A stretch of 63,060 bases of DNA, counting the filler, from Bigelowiella natans CCMP2755 (Eukaryota; Protista; Cercozoa), in NCBI GenBank assembly GCA_000320545.1. It is 8 parts of 8 records of this genome, joined end to end, with 100 filler letters (N's around TTAATTAATTAA, not from the genome) between each part and the next. Parts side by side here need not be neighbours in the genome. Positions count along the whole stretch, not along the records: positions 1 to 14,124 come from ADNK01002754.1; 7 more parts are not named here. One strand, given 5' to 3'. Shown piece by piece: positions 1 to 12,516 of the stretch; positions within the stretch are counted from its first letter, which is position 1, and the number at the start of each line of letters is the position of its first letter. The notes beneath the pieces are model-generated. The model made no database searches, had not been told where the DNA came from, and saw nothing but the letters and a program-made list of their open reading frames with translations. Made by a program: the position numbers and the translations under genes.

Positions 1-181
1 TTGGGGGGGGGGGGGTGGCGAAGAGCTGCGGGCACAGGAAACAGTCTCCTTCAGTTTTCATAGCAAGCATGATCCTTCTTCGCTCTGCATCTCCTGTCTT
101 TATTATCTTCATCCCAAACCCCCCATTCTTGCCATTCCTCACCACCCCCTCCCCCCCTTGCTTCTTTCTCCCTTGTACCAG

Positions 182-610
182 CTTCTGTGCGGCAGTGCCA
201 ACTTCTACTCTATCACGTACCGATGCTTCAAGCTATCAAAGTGAGTGAGCACTAAAAAACCTAAAAAGAGGGCATCAGCCGTAACGCATCTCGTGCGCAG
301 TGAAAAACCATAAGTTGATTCTCTCACCTTCCATCATCATCATCATCATCATCATATATGCAGCATGGAAACGCTTTGTGAGGACTACGGACAGGTATAT
401 ATATAATAATTTAAATATAAGAGGGAGAGTGGCAGCAGCAGCAGCAGTCTGAACGTTTATTATTATACAAAATATTGCCGGCCTTTTCCCAAGCGAGCCC
501 TGGAAATGATTCAAACGAATGTGTGCGGTGTCCTCTTATAACAGGTCGCTTACTACAAAGGAACGCTCCCAAACAACCCGAATTCCTACATGGTAAATGG
601 ATGTGGCGCT

Positions 611-641
<31 letters not shown>

Positions 642-1824
642 ATGATGACAAATTCTCTAGTTCCAAGGAATATTTTGGGGGGGAGGGGGGGGGCAGTTGC
701 ATTTGCGTCGTCGCTCTTTTGATAATTGTCAAACCCCTTTCGTCGATGGTTGGGCTGTGTACTAAATGCAGCTGGACGATCATCACGTTTTCGAGACGGG
801 AAAGCCAATGCTTGTTTGTGGTATAGCACAGAGAGAGAGGGGGGGGGGGGGGTGGGAGGGAGAGAAAACACACACGCGCGCGCGCACGCGCCGACACAAA
901 CAAATACGCGCAAATATACAAGAAACAAACGAGAGACAATCGCAGCGCTGTGCCCCGATGTTTTCCCTTCTACTTACACCGTTTTGAGGTTATTACGTTC
1001 AACTGCCATCATCATTAATTACCCTCCACACCCTTTCCCTACTCAGGAAACACCGCCTCTATGGTGTCTGAGACATGGATGAAGGAGCACTTTGAGGTAG
1101 TGAAGAACAACGCCACTAGGACGTAATGGGTGATAGCAACCATCGTCAATCGATTCGAAAGCAAAGTGTGTTTTCTTTTTTTAAGGAAATCGCAATGAAT
1201 AGTACCCGTATGTTCCACATAATAATAATAATAATAATAACCGAGAGAGAAGGCTATTGCATTGTGGTGATTTTGACGACTCGAATAGAGCCCCCAGGGC
1301 TGCCAAAAGCCGCCTATTAGGCAGGAAGCAATTTATCGCTAGAACCGCACTCGTTTGCGATCGTCTTCTCATTCTTGTTACAATTCTTTGGCATCGGGCA
1401 GGTGGCTGGCAATAGAAGCGTGCACTTCGGTAATGCGTAGTTCCTTTTCTTGGTCTCTTCCGCTTTTGCCGCTGCGAAACTCACGGCGTGCGTGCTTTGG
1501 GGATGGGGTCCCAATCCTGATGACCGACATGCCAAAGTTCAGCTGTTTGACACGTTATCGCAACTTTGTCTCAGGCCTGTTTGACTGTGCCCCTCCAATC
1601 GCATCATCCTCCGGTGACGAAGCTGCTGCAAGGTGTTGGAGGGGTGGGGGGGGGATCGGGTGGATGTGAGATGCATGGAAACCAGTACGTGTCTTCTAAA
1701 CTTCTCCTTGGTTTTCTCCCGTGGTTTGTTCTTATTGTTACAGCGGCGGTGGAGGCGGGTGCTGCTAGAAGAATCATTCATCGATCATTCCCTATACATT
1801 CTTCAATACATGGAACGCCTATAA
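182..1824 (+). CDS. 3' part of an unidentified spliced gene
   Basis: Several AG/GT-bounded open segments (e.g. LLCGSANFYSITYRCFKLS; last exon RRWRRVLLEESFIDHSLYILQYMERL*). No recognisable family and exon chain not resolved. Confidence 0.3.
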
Positions 1825-2871
1825 GTAATGGAGCTTGGCAAATATATTTCATAAATATAAAAATTTGGTGATGCTCAATTTGATGTATCATTGCTAAGCC
1901 AGCGCTGGCGGACGCGTATGAGTACGTGTCGTTTCCTACGTGTACATGTACATACAGTATCATGTATTCATCGCATTGGTTGCAACTTTGCTGGTTCGCT
2001 TATTGTGATGCCGTCGCGATCTGCAACATGTGTGCGGCGCAGTAATTGATTTTCCCTTCACGGCTTTTGTCACAAATTGCTTTTTGTAAATGGTCGTTCT
2101 CTACCAATGTAACAGCATGTAGCGCTTAGATTGTGAATTTTGCTTATTAGTTTCAGCTAGTCTGTGCTAGTGTGTTCTATCGTCTAGTCCAAGTTCGGCA
2201 AAGCAATCTTGCATCTTCATTGTTGTTGGATGCTTTCAGCAGCGCATATACGCTGTGCGCGAAAGAGAGAGTGCACGCAATGTTTCGTTATTTAGCTGAT
2301 TTATTATGGTACTTATATGTCAGTTGTATAAGCTTCGCGATGCATACAAACTGCTAGACTGGTACAAGTTTATCATCTTGCAGCACATGTCCACTTAGCC
2401 ATGCACACATGACTTTTTAATGCTGCTACCGGCATCTGTCTAGCTGTGTATAGCTGTATCATCTGTGCATCACATGCAGCATGCATGTAGCTGAAATATG
2501 CTAGCATGGGGTATATATCTAGCTAGCTAGACCTATAGATATGTCCCGTAGTAGTGTAAGCTGGGATACTCTATTGTGGTTATTCGATACTCGTTTACAA
2601 GCTACGTTGCTGGAATAGATGCGCACAACATGCGACGCCCGTGCGAGCGCTGTGGCTCAGCATAGACTATATTACACAACAATTAAAATGAAGCTAAGGG
2701 TTTTTGCAAGCAATCTAGACAACCTAGCAATGTTCACCGAATGAATGGCATGCTGCTATCACACATGATAGAATATGGGTTGAAGGAGGGCACTATGCAT
2801 CACTGTTGAAATGCATTCACAAATAGTAAAGATGTCGATAATCCCAGCTATGACGAGCAGCTCTTTTTGAT

Positions 2872-4095
2872 CTAGTCGTCCCACAATTCATACTTCCATT
2901 TTGTCGCTTCGTCGGTGTGTCCGGGGCAATGCTCGTGGCGCCCGTTGAGCACTTCGTGATATTTCGCCGAGCTCTCGGCCTTTGGGTCCATGGGGTGAAT
3001 AATGTAAAGTTTGCATTCGGGATACATCGTAAGTTTCCCTATCCTGCGGCCATCCCTACGATTTATAAAGTGGTGGAGTCTAAGAGATTATACATTTTTC
3101 GCTTCTAGAGAGAGTAGGTCTTTGTACATTTCCATAATGTACAACCCAACACAACCTCACCCCCCCCCCCCTCCCCGCTACCTCATATAGGCAATACAAC
3201 GGAATAATTGCATGTGATAGAGTAAGTACTCGTCAAAGAACGCGAACGTGTGAGTTCGGTAAGTCTCGGTCTCATAAACAGAGTTGATCGCAATTTCACC
3301 AACGTCGATCCCTTCGTCAGACCCATCCTGCCAGAAAACTTGGAGCTTACTTGGGCTAAAGTTCCATATTTCTACGTGAATCGACGAATCTTTCCGCTTG
3401 GAGACAGACCTGCCAGTATCGATAACGGACGGAGAATTCTTTAAGGGAAGCTCAGAGACACATATGTGTAGAAAGCTTTAGGTTGAACTTAAATTAGAGT
3501 GTGGATTGTATGTGTGCGGGCTGCTATTGAAGGCGCGATATTTTGGAACACCGACCCTTTTATTCTCGCACTGAGCATCGCATCAAACTGCTCTTCGTAG
3601 ACGGCTCGACATTCCGGAAGTCCTGAATTCATTGGATCTTCACAGCGCGGCTCTTCATCCTTCTAAGCAGCGAAAGCACAATGTTTGGATTGGGTTGTTG
3701 GTTACTGGCCACAAAATGAGTGATAACATTAGAAGCGAGGATGTTTTTAAGCAGGAATTTCATGCAATCAGCTGTCTCGTTGACCCGGAGACTTTCCCGC
3801 CACAAATTGAAAGGTTTTGTGGATGCTACCTTCTCCGCCTCCACCCTCTCGGCAGTCAATGTCCTCTACAACCGAGAAACATGGGAGGGAAACAAAAGGG
3901 AAGGGGGGGGAGAGGATAGTAGGATTATAAGGAAAATCACATCATGTTTCAGATGGAATCGATAAAGATAAGTAGAGAGTTGGGACACGTTCACCAGAAT
4001 GAGCTACCTACCATAGGAGTGAGATTAAAGCAAATGATCGTAAGGAAGAAAAGAGCGGGATGCTGCTTCCATTGTCGACGACAGCAGCTACGCAT
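2872..4095 (-). CDS. Putative secreted protein with VHL-beta-like domain (spliced)
   Basis: Leader MRSCCRRQWKQHPALFFLTIICFNLTPMV. Exons join in frame to VEIWNFSPSKLQVFWQDGSDEGIDVGEIAINSVYETETYRTHTFAFFDE|DGRRIGKLTM, matching the N.S...l.vfW....G.i.....TY.tH.f pattern of VHL-beta domains. Stop TAG at 2872. Confidence 0.55.
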
Positions 4096-4380
4096 CCTCG
4101 TCGCTACCACCGCTGTATATGTTTGTTACACAAGCTAAGTGAACGTATTCACACGGCAGATTTGAACAAGGGGGACTGTATCACAGAAGACCAGGCACGT
4201 CGTCGGAGACCGCCATTACCCGACGGCAGTGCGTCTCTTTTGGGAACAAAATATTACGATATTTATAGGTTATAAAAATTCACATTGATATTAGTCAAGC
4301 TCGTCCGACACTATAGTTTCAGGATTAGATTAAAAAAAAAAGAAATAGATGTCAATGTTTTGATATCATATATTTTTCTA

Positions 4381-5300
4381 CTTGAACCATGAAATGCCCT
4401 TTGTTGTTGGGCTGGTGCAATCAGGTTGTTCAAAATGGATGAGTCAGCATGTCCCGCGATCCTTCGAGCATTGGAAACAAATGCTTCATTCATGCCAATC
4501 TTGCAACGAGCTGCATTTTGCACCAGAGAGGTCTCGTTGTTTTCGGCAGCATGGAGGCACTGCGTTTCGCACTTTGCAAGTGTCGTGCAACACTCCAGAA
4601 ACGCAGTCGATTGGCAAACATGCTTTCTTTCTTTCTTCTTTTCTTTCATTTGGCACACTGCAAACATCTTGCAACGTTTTGGAAACGCAGTTCATCATCA
4701 TTGTTCATTGTTCATTGGCATGCTGTTGGACGTCAAAGTGTCATCAACGTTTCAATGTTTCAATGCTGCATTCATTCATTCAGCGACCCGCATTCTGGCA
4801 CTGCACAGCATGTGACGTGTGTCGCATGCGACTTCGTCGAGGTCTTCCTCGAGGCAGGCGATCGATGCTGACACCACATGCCACAGCCGTCATTGCAACG
4901 AGCTAGCGAGGGGGGACCAGGCTAGCAGGCACTGAGCTGAACTTCTTTGCAGAGTGGAAAATTGCAAACGCCTCTTTCTGAGCTTTCTCACTGACACGTG
5001 CTAGCGTGCAATGTCTGATGTTCTTCACCGCACCTCGCTCCGTCGTGATGCATGCTGCCAAACTCATTTCCAACACGAGGTGGGATCTTGTGCATGCATG
5101 TTGCACACGCAAGCAACGTGGCCAATGCAATGTGGCAATCTGGTGCGCACAACTCGCTAGCTCGGCTGGTGCACATCTTCCACATTGTAGTCACACATAG
5201 CTGGACTGGAAAAGTGGTGTGTCTCGATGGCAGTGTTGATTGATGGGGTCGAATCGCGCGTTGCCGATGTGTTTTGCGGCCAGCTAGCTAGACGAATGGG
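4381..5300. repeat. TpA-depleted degenerate repeat/TE tract
   Basis: No TA from 4381 to 4902; only four TA up to 5186, all in CTAG. Rich in TGCA/CATG, with Tyr-free, His/Cys-rich spurious ORFs. Confidence 0.7.
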
Positions 5301-5570
5301 CAAGCATACCTTTTTGATATGCATTGCGCGCGCGCGCGCAAGCCACACACATACACACACACACACACACGTGCACACATCTAGACATGAACACATGCTA
5401 GCATGCACATCCAGTCACATTCAGACACATCCAGACACACTGTTATCTCTAAGGCCATGAACACAGAGCGCACGTAGCTGTATGAGGGTAGTTTCCCCAA
5501 AAGCTCGAACGATCGAAAGCATTCGTTGCAAGCCCGACCTATTAATTCTACACATTCTTACGGCATGCCC

Positions 5571-8500
5571 TCAATACTGGTGCGGTTTTTCTAACTCTAT
5601 TCTCTTTCGATTAAACTGCTCGAGAGCTTCATCTTCCTCCGCATGCACGAAATGGTCTCTCTGGTGTGCCGTGTTTGTGTGGTATAAGAGAGCTGCAACA
5701 GTATCAGCACAACCACACAGAGATTAGTAGATTCGTACGGGGATAATGGCATCTCCATTTACCTTGCAATTGCGGATATTGAGCACCGCAGATGATGCAT
5801 CTGAAAGGATTTTCACCGGTGTGTAAGCACATGTGGACCTTGTAGTGGTGGAACCTTCCAAACCTGAGAGTTGTCGTACATATTCTCATCGGGGGGGAAT
5901 CTCCAAATAAAGAATGCTCGTCAGAAATTCGCGACTTTCGGCTCTAATCCCAAGGTTTTTTTTCATTTTAATGGCATGCAAAAAGTATCCACGAGCGAGC
6001 CTACTGCTCTGTTATCAAGCAGAACTCTATTAGTTTGAGATTTGTATCTAACTTACCCGCGCTCGCATATCCTACACTCAAACGGGCGATAGCCATGTGA
6101 CGACATGTGCTGATTGAGAAGGTGTTTCACGCTGAAGCCCCTCCCGCAGACCTCGCATCTGTTGGTAGGAGGGTGGTTGGGATGAGGGCAGTTGGGATGA
6201 GGGCAGAGGGTGATAATGAATTATGAGGACAATCGTAGTGAGCAACAACAGCGATGGTGCGACGATGATGGCGGCAACACTGATGACGATGGGAACTGAG
6301 CGATGATATTGTTGATAATGATGATGATAATGATGATGATGATGATGACGATGATGATGAAATGTCCACGCAGTTTAATGAAAACGAATAAAGGAACGCC
6401 GAAGCAATCAACCGATATGGATTATCGTCGACAAATACAACTATGAGCAACAATTCAGCAGCAAAGTATATAAATAACCGGTTCTTCATCGCCTTCTGAT
6501 GTGCTATGGAGGCCTTGTGTTCTTGGAGTTTCTCCTTCACTTTGAAGCTGACTCTGCAGGTCTGGATGATGAGAATTAACGACGACATCAAACATTTTGG
6601 AGGGAGGCATCACATCCTTTGGTCGGTTTTAAATGTTCTATTGTACGACGCCATGGCAAGGGAAGATGATGCGAATCGTATTATTCTCTGGTACATGTTT
6701 CGATGCCCCGGAACCACGCCCACACCCCCCCCCCCTTAAACGTTCTTTAAATAAATTTCGCGCTCTCAAAGAAAGACAAGTGGTAAGAATGCATGATCTC
6801 GAAACGCGACGCGAGTGCAGCAGTGTACACACCACGCAGGAGAACGGCGAGGTAGCGTGGGAGGCAACGTGGTTGTGGTATCTGGCCTCGCCGAGAAAGG
6901 ATTTGTCGCAGATCTGGCACTGACGATTACCAAAAACACACCGACATATGTGTCCCAACGATCATTCGCTTTTCAAGTCTACAACTTGCGTGGATTTACT
7001 GCATATTGCGGTGTTCTTATTGCGCGCTTCGGGCAGCAACAACCTGGTACAACATTCTTGGGTGGGAGGTGCTGTGCATTCGTAGGCTATACAACACAGA
7101 AAAAGGGTAAGAAGAAGAAGAAGAAGGAGGAGGAGTAGGAGGAGGAAGGGAATGGAGTTTCCGACACTGGCAGCTGAGAACCATGTCGAGTATGACCATC
7201 ATCATCTTGATCATTGGTGGTCATTATTGGCATCAGATTGAGGAGGAAGAAGAGGAGATGGGACAGAACAAGAGGATAACAAGAAATAAGGAAAAACCGA
7301 TTTGGTTTATAACCCCGTAATGTTGGAGAAAGCAGCCTTGCAGATGCTACATCTGTATGGTTGGGCACTCCTGTGCTGCCTCTGTAAGACGTTATAATTG
7401 TGCCAGTATAGAAAAGGAGTCGGAGAGGGGAGGGGAAGATATCAAATTGACGATCATATGCGTGTACATAACACACCCCAGCGAGAGAGAATTTGCATGG
7501 AAAAACAGAAAGAATATAGCAGTGCTAGGCTATGCAGAATGTTTGCAGTGGTAGTGGTAGTCGTGGTGGTGGCGGCTACGATTGTCGTTCACTTCTGTTT
7601 TGTGTGATAACCACTCTCCTATGACTCGTTGGGATAAGAGCAGCAAGAGGAGAAGCTACAAGTGACGCTCTGCGTTTTATTGATCGATGAAGGATAGACC
7701 ATATGCTGTCGGTAGAATATCGTGTCATTGAGCCTCTCCCCACAAATTGCGCACTTCCTAACGCCCTAAACCACAACGAGAGCATTAAGAATTGACGTCG
7801 TCATTGCCCAATGGAAAGAGAGAGCGGGAACAGGAGCAGCGAGATGGCTACAGAATAAAGGCGACGACAACAACAAGAAGATAAAGACCCACCTTGGTGC
7901 GACTATGAACCCGCGCATGCACGACTGCATTGTACTTTTGCCTGAACCAAAAACAAAAGGCTAAGCTTGAGTTATTTCCTTCCGGAAAAGCCTTGCATGC
8001 TTAGGAAGCGGCACGTCTTGACTCCGAAAATGAACCGCCGAACAAATGATCTTCGTGGTGGGTGCAAAAGGGAATAGGGGTTGAAAAGGGCCAACTACCG
8101 GAACATCTTCCCACATATAGGGCAGTCGAAGGATGCCTGTTCGGGTGTCTTCTGGGGCGGGATTTAGAAGAGAAAATGATGATCGATCACAATCAGAAGT
8201 TGTCATAATTGTGCAAAAGATATACACGAACATGAATACACATGATATGTGTTCCGGGATCATACCTCGTGTTTCGCTTTGTGCCTTTCGAAAGAATGTT
8301 TCTGTTAATACGCAAAAGGAAGGGGGGGTGGGCATATCAGAATACTAAACTCAGACTGAAGGCTGGTGCGGCGAGGTCGTTTGAATATCACCGTTGTCCA
8401 TTAATAATATTTATTATTACAGACTGGTCTTTATTCACTCTACCAACCGTTGTGCATCTGAAATCGCAACTTGGGCACTTATACGGTTTCTCTTTCGTGT

Positions 8501-8740
8501 GGCGTCGTTCGTGGAGGGTTAGTGTGTACTTCCTCCTAAGATGAAAATTAAGGTGCTGAGACTTTGCATATACTTATAGGTTCTACAATAGTTTCCCTCA
8601 TAGCCAATATGCACGTCAATCAATATAGATTAGAGAGAGGCCGGGGCCACTGCTTACGCGAACGAGTTATTGCAGGTTCTGCAACTGAAAGGTCTCTCCA
8701 CCCCCTCCTGACTTCGTTGGAGGCCAGTCTGAAGCGTCAT
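5571..8740 (-). CDS. Multi-C2H2 zinc-finger protein (~10 fingers, many introns)
   Basis: Spliced fingers: CRTCNNSFA|RKYTLTLHERRHTKEKPY, CPSCDFRCTT|KHSFERHKAKH, CPICGKMFR|QKYNAVVHARVH, CAICGERLNDTIFYRQHM|RQH, CSICKAAFSNITG|LRMHSTSH, CQICDKSFLGEARYHNHVASH, CV|TCRVSFKVKEKLQEHKASIAH, CEVCGRGFSVKHLLNQHMSSH, CRICER|FGRFHHYKVHMCLHTGENPF, CIICGAQY..LLYHTNTAH. GT-AG junctions are in phase within the fingers. Confidence 0.9.
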
Positions 8741-9094
8741 GCTTCCAACCGCGACAATGGTAAACAGGAAAAACGACATAGCCTCATCGTATGATTTCCT
8801 GATCCCGCCCCTTTCTCCTCAAGTGGGCCATTATAGTCAGCTCTCGGAAGAGCAGAAGGGGACGGGGGATGAGCAGCCTAGTCCGATAGTCGTTATCGCG
8901 TGAATATAGGGGAATTTTGGTGAATCTAGGGGAATTACTGGAAAATTTAACCTTTTTTTGCCTTCTAGATATTCGGTAAAATAATCATACCGAGAACTAC
9001 CAATGATGGTGCTAAAGGAGTAGCCAACAACAACAACAACAACAACAATAACAACAATAACAACAACAACTCCTTTTCTGTCCCGAGCCGCCTA

Positions 9095-10513
9095 ATGGCA
9101 TGGCGGCTGCTCCTGCTCCCCTTCCTCACACCGCCGTTGACCAGGGGCAGGGGAGCTAGGCAAGAGGAGGAGGTTTCTTTGTTCATATCACAACACACTC
9201 AAGAAGATTCTGCGAAGAACAGCACCCACCGGAAAGCCTACCCGGCCTTCGCTTTGCTTTCCAACATTTCGGTACCAGGCTCAATACCCCATCGCAGACT
9301 CCGGTTTCAGTGCTCTGTGTGCTCACGATCGTTTCGCGCACGTCTCTTCCTCGAGAACCATAGACGGTAGTTTGTACGAACGAACGCCACCACACGCGCC
9401 TATAATCGCCGTCGACACCGCACATCGGAGCCATTGCCACAAAGCTCGTACAGCAACCTTCTCTCTCCCGCACCCTAATATCAGGACTCACACCAAAGAA
9501 CGCCCATTCCAATGTCAAAGCTGCAACCAGGGTGCTATCTTCGCCTAAGAAATCGCACGCACGAACTGTTTCTTTCTTTATGTTTTCTGTGAATGTCAAT
9601 CCCCCTCCCCCCCCCCATTCGTGTTCGGGTGCCAAACTCGATTTTCTCCTTCCTCAGTGTTCACCCAGCAGTCTGCTCTAACACGCCACGGGAAAAGTGA
9701 AAAATGCCGGGTAGGGATAAAGTTGACCAAAACCATTAACGGAGAGCGATAGAGCTGCTAATCCATTCTAGTGAAGGCGCGTGACAACATGGCGCTTTTC
9801 ATATCACTTGCGTAGTCTTTCACCAGCAACCAACATGTGTTGAAATAAAATCAGCCACGCAAAAGGGAAATCGGATTTGGTCCATACAAGTAAGAAGAAA
9901 TCTGGAAGAGAAGACGACGGCAATTTTTCACGAGAGCGCATTTCCAAAGCAACCGATATCCGCACATACATTGTTCTGTGTGTGTTTGCACAATGATGCC
10001 ACCGCTTCTTTCATATCCATAACAAAACTTGTAGGTGTGAGTATTGCCATAAAGTCTGGATTGACCATAGGTAGTGGGGATTGTGTGAAACAAAGCTAGT
10101 AATAATGGCTGTGCTCGCTCCAACCGAATTATAAGAATATACTCTACGCACACGTGATATGAACTCTCTCTCTCTCTCTCTCTCTCTTTCTAGCATTTGT
10201 GTGTGTGTGTGTGCGTGCGCGCGCGCGCGCGTTCGAGAGGTGTTTAAACTTTCAAGATCAATGCAATAAATTCCGTATCTATGGGCGAGCATACGAGCCT
10301 TAAATTGCCACTTATATACAGAAAATTTCGGCGACATACGCACAAAAAGGAGATCTTTTGCTCCGACTGCCAAATTTCATTTAGGTAAAAATCAGACAAC
10401 GTTTGTATTATAATAACCTCCGTAGTGCAGGTTGCGTTTGTATGCTTCTTCCACTAAGATGCAGCATCTCCCCCCTCCCCCTCAGCATTACACATTTACA
10501 ATGTGTGGAGTGT

Positions 10514-10555
<42 letters not shown>

Positions 10556-10757
10556 GTGTGTGTGTGTGTGTGTGTAGGGATATTTCGGGTTTAAAGCGAC
10601 ATCATAATTCACGTCTTCACAAATCTATGGGATTGCATCGCACGTTAGTCTCAAACAGTTTCAGCAACCACAGTCTTGTATTAAGGGGGCGCAGCGAAAT
10701 TCCGGTCGGCCATGCTGTAGCAAAGTAGCGAGCAATCAGTTTAACTTCAGGAATTAG
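9095..10757 (+). CDS. C2H2 zinc-finger protein (~4 fingers, spliced; start uncertain)
   Basis: FQCSVCSRSFRARLFLENHRR|THTKERPFQCQSCNQ|VFTQQSALTRHGKSEKCR|PRKREIGFGPYK|CEYCHKVWIDHR|KFRRHTHKKEIFCSDCQISFR|DISGLKRHHNSRLH. Phases are consistent; stop TAG at 10755-10757. Confidence 0.8.
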
Positions 10758-11428
10758 ACTCACTCTTCGCCGGCATTGCAGCTTGTTATTCTCCAACGCA
10801 CAGCTTACGACAACGATGATAATAATTTCGCGTATCGTCCGTCCGAGCGCACGTCTGCTAGGTGTACAGCTGGCTGCACTAGCGTCATGCTACCATAATG
10901 TGCCGTGCGATGCGTACGGAGGCTATCTAGCTATCAGCTACGACCTTTGCTCGTTGGTCTCCTAGCAGGATTTTTTCCGTTCAATCCATATACTAGCGTG
11001 CACAGCATGGTGATATACGCTGTATGTAGTGCAAATAGGCCATGCTAGCATGTATACACACATACGTGCATGCATGCATGCTGTATTTCATTGTAAAGCA
11101 AGCACGTATTATATGCATGTAGCTATATGGTGGGTTGTGCCATGCTATATGAATTCATTGTTGAGAGTGGATGTGTTTACCCGTGCGTGCTGCTAGCGTG
11201 TCATCTACCGGCGCTATTTTATTGCAATAATAAACAACACTGAACGGCGCATGCAGAATATGAGATCGAGCGCGTGGCCCGCACTAGCTAGCGCATGCTA
11301 GCATGCTAGCATGTACATATCACTTGTCAAACGCATGTTAAAAAAATCAATTCGATAGGCCCAAGACTGCTGCTGCTGCTGCTGCTGCTGCAAAGCACCG
11401 TTGTGCTTGTGTGCGTGGTGAAAAAGCT

Positions 11429-11708
11429 TCATAGATGAGATCCACCAGCATGGCTCTTACGTTCCCCTGCCGGTGTGGAATGGGAAGCTGTAGTTCTCGT
11501 TACAACGGCACGATTTTTTGAAGGCGGGGACAATGACGTTGCACTATTCTCAGCATGGCTGGTGGCGCCGCTCGGCGTTCCTTCTGTTTGATATGAGTAA
11601 CAAGGAGACAAGGAGACACTATCACCATTTATCCCATTTCGACTAGCTTTCCGCCACCAATACTGTATCATCCCGAGTGCGGAAATACGCACACACACAC
11701 ACACACAT

Positions 11709-11766
<58 letters not shown>

Positions 11767-12450
11767 CTTAATATATATGTGTATGTACGCTATCGGGGCA
11801 GTTCGGGAGTCCACTCCTCCAACTGTTTCTACTCCATCACTCAGTCATGCTTTAGGTCCCTACTTCCCGTAGTTGTCCTGGTGGGTTTTAGGGTCGCGGG
11901 CTCCTGCGGATGCTGCCTGTGGCCGGGAGTGCCATCATTTCTGATGGCTGATAAGCTCTTCTTCTCCTCATCTCCCACTACAAAAACACATTTCAAGGGA
12001 GAGGAAAAGTGAAGAAAGAGGAGGGAGGTGGGGGGGGGGGGGAGAGAGAGAGGGAGAGAGAGAGGGGCACCATTACACCAACAGAACACAAAAGTCAAAG
12101 AGATTTCTAATACACATTCAACTGGGATTACTACTACTACTTATGCAAGAGCTACCGGAGCAAACGCTTTTCGTACTGTGTTTCCGTGAGCGCCGTCGCT
12201 GTCTGCGGGAAATCGTCACCTGTATGAGCGCGAAGAATGGGTTTATTAATAACCACCACCCCCAACAGCAGCAGCAGCAGCAGGCACCACACAGATGCAT
12301 ATTGAACAGGCCACTACTGTTGGACCATGCTTTTGATGGAGGGGTGGGGGAGGAGGACAGTGAGAGAGAGTGTGGTGTAACAACGGCGAAGAGGAGAACG
12401 AAAAGGCAGAAAGAAATTTGACCGTGTTTCGTATGATTTTATCATGATAT

Positions 12451-12516
<66 letters not shown>

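Noticed and set aside
4381-5186. CpG-methylation decay or classical RIP as the cause of TG/CA richness
   Set aside because: CpG is still frequent. Neither process removes TpA (RIP creates it), and neither explains the CTAG exception.
4311-5243. Overlapping 60-170 aa ORFs in all frames (also 52915-53540)
   Set aside because: A by-product of TAA/TAG loss. The products are His/Cys-rich, nearly Tyr-free and have no motifs.
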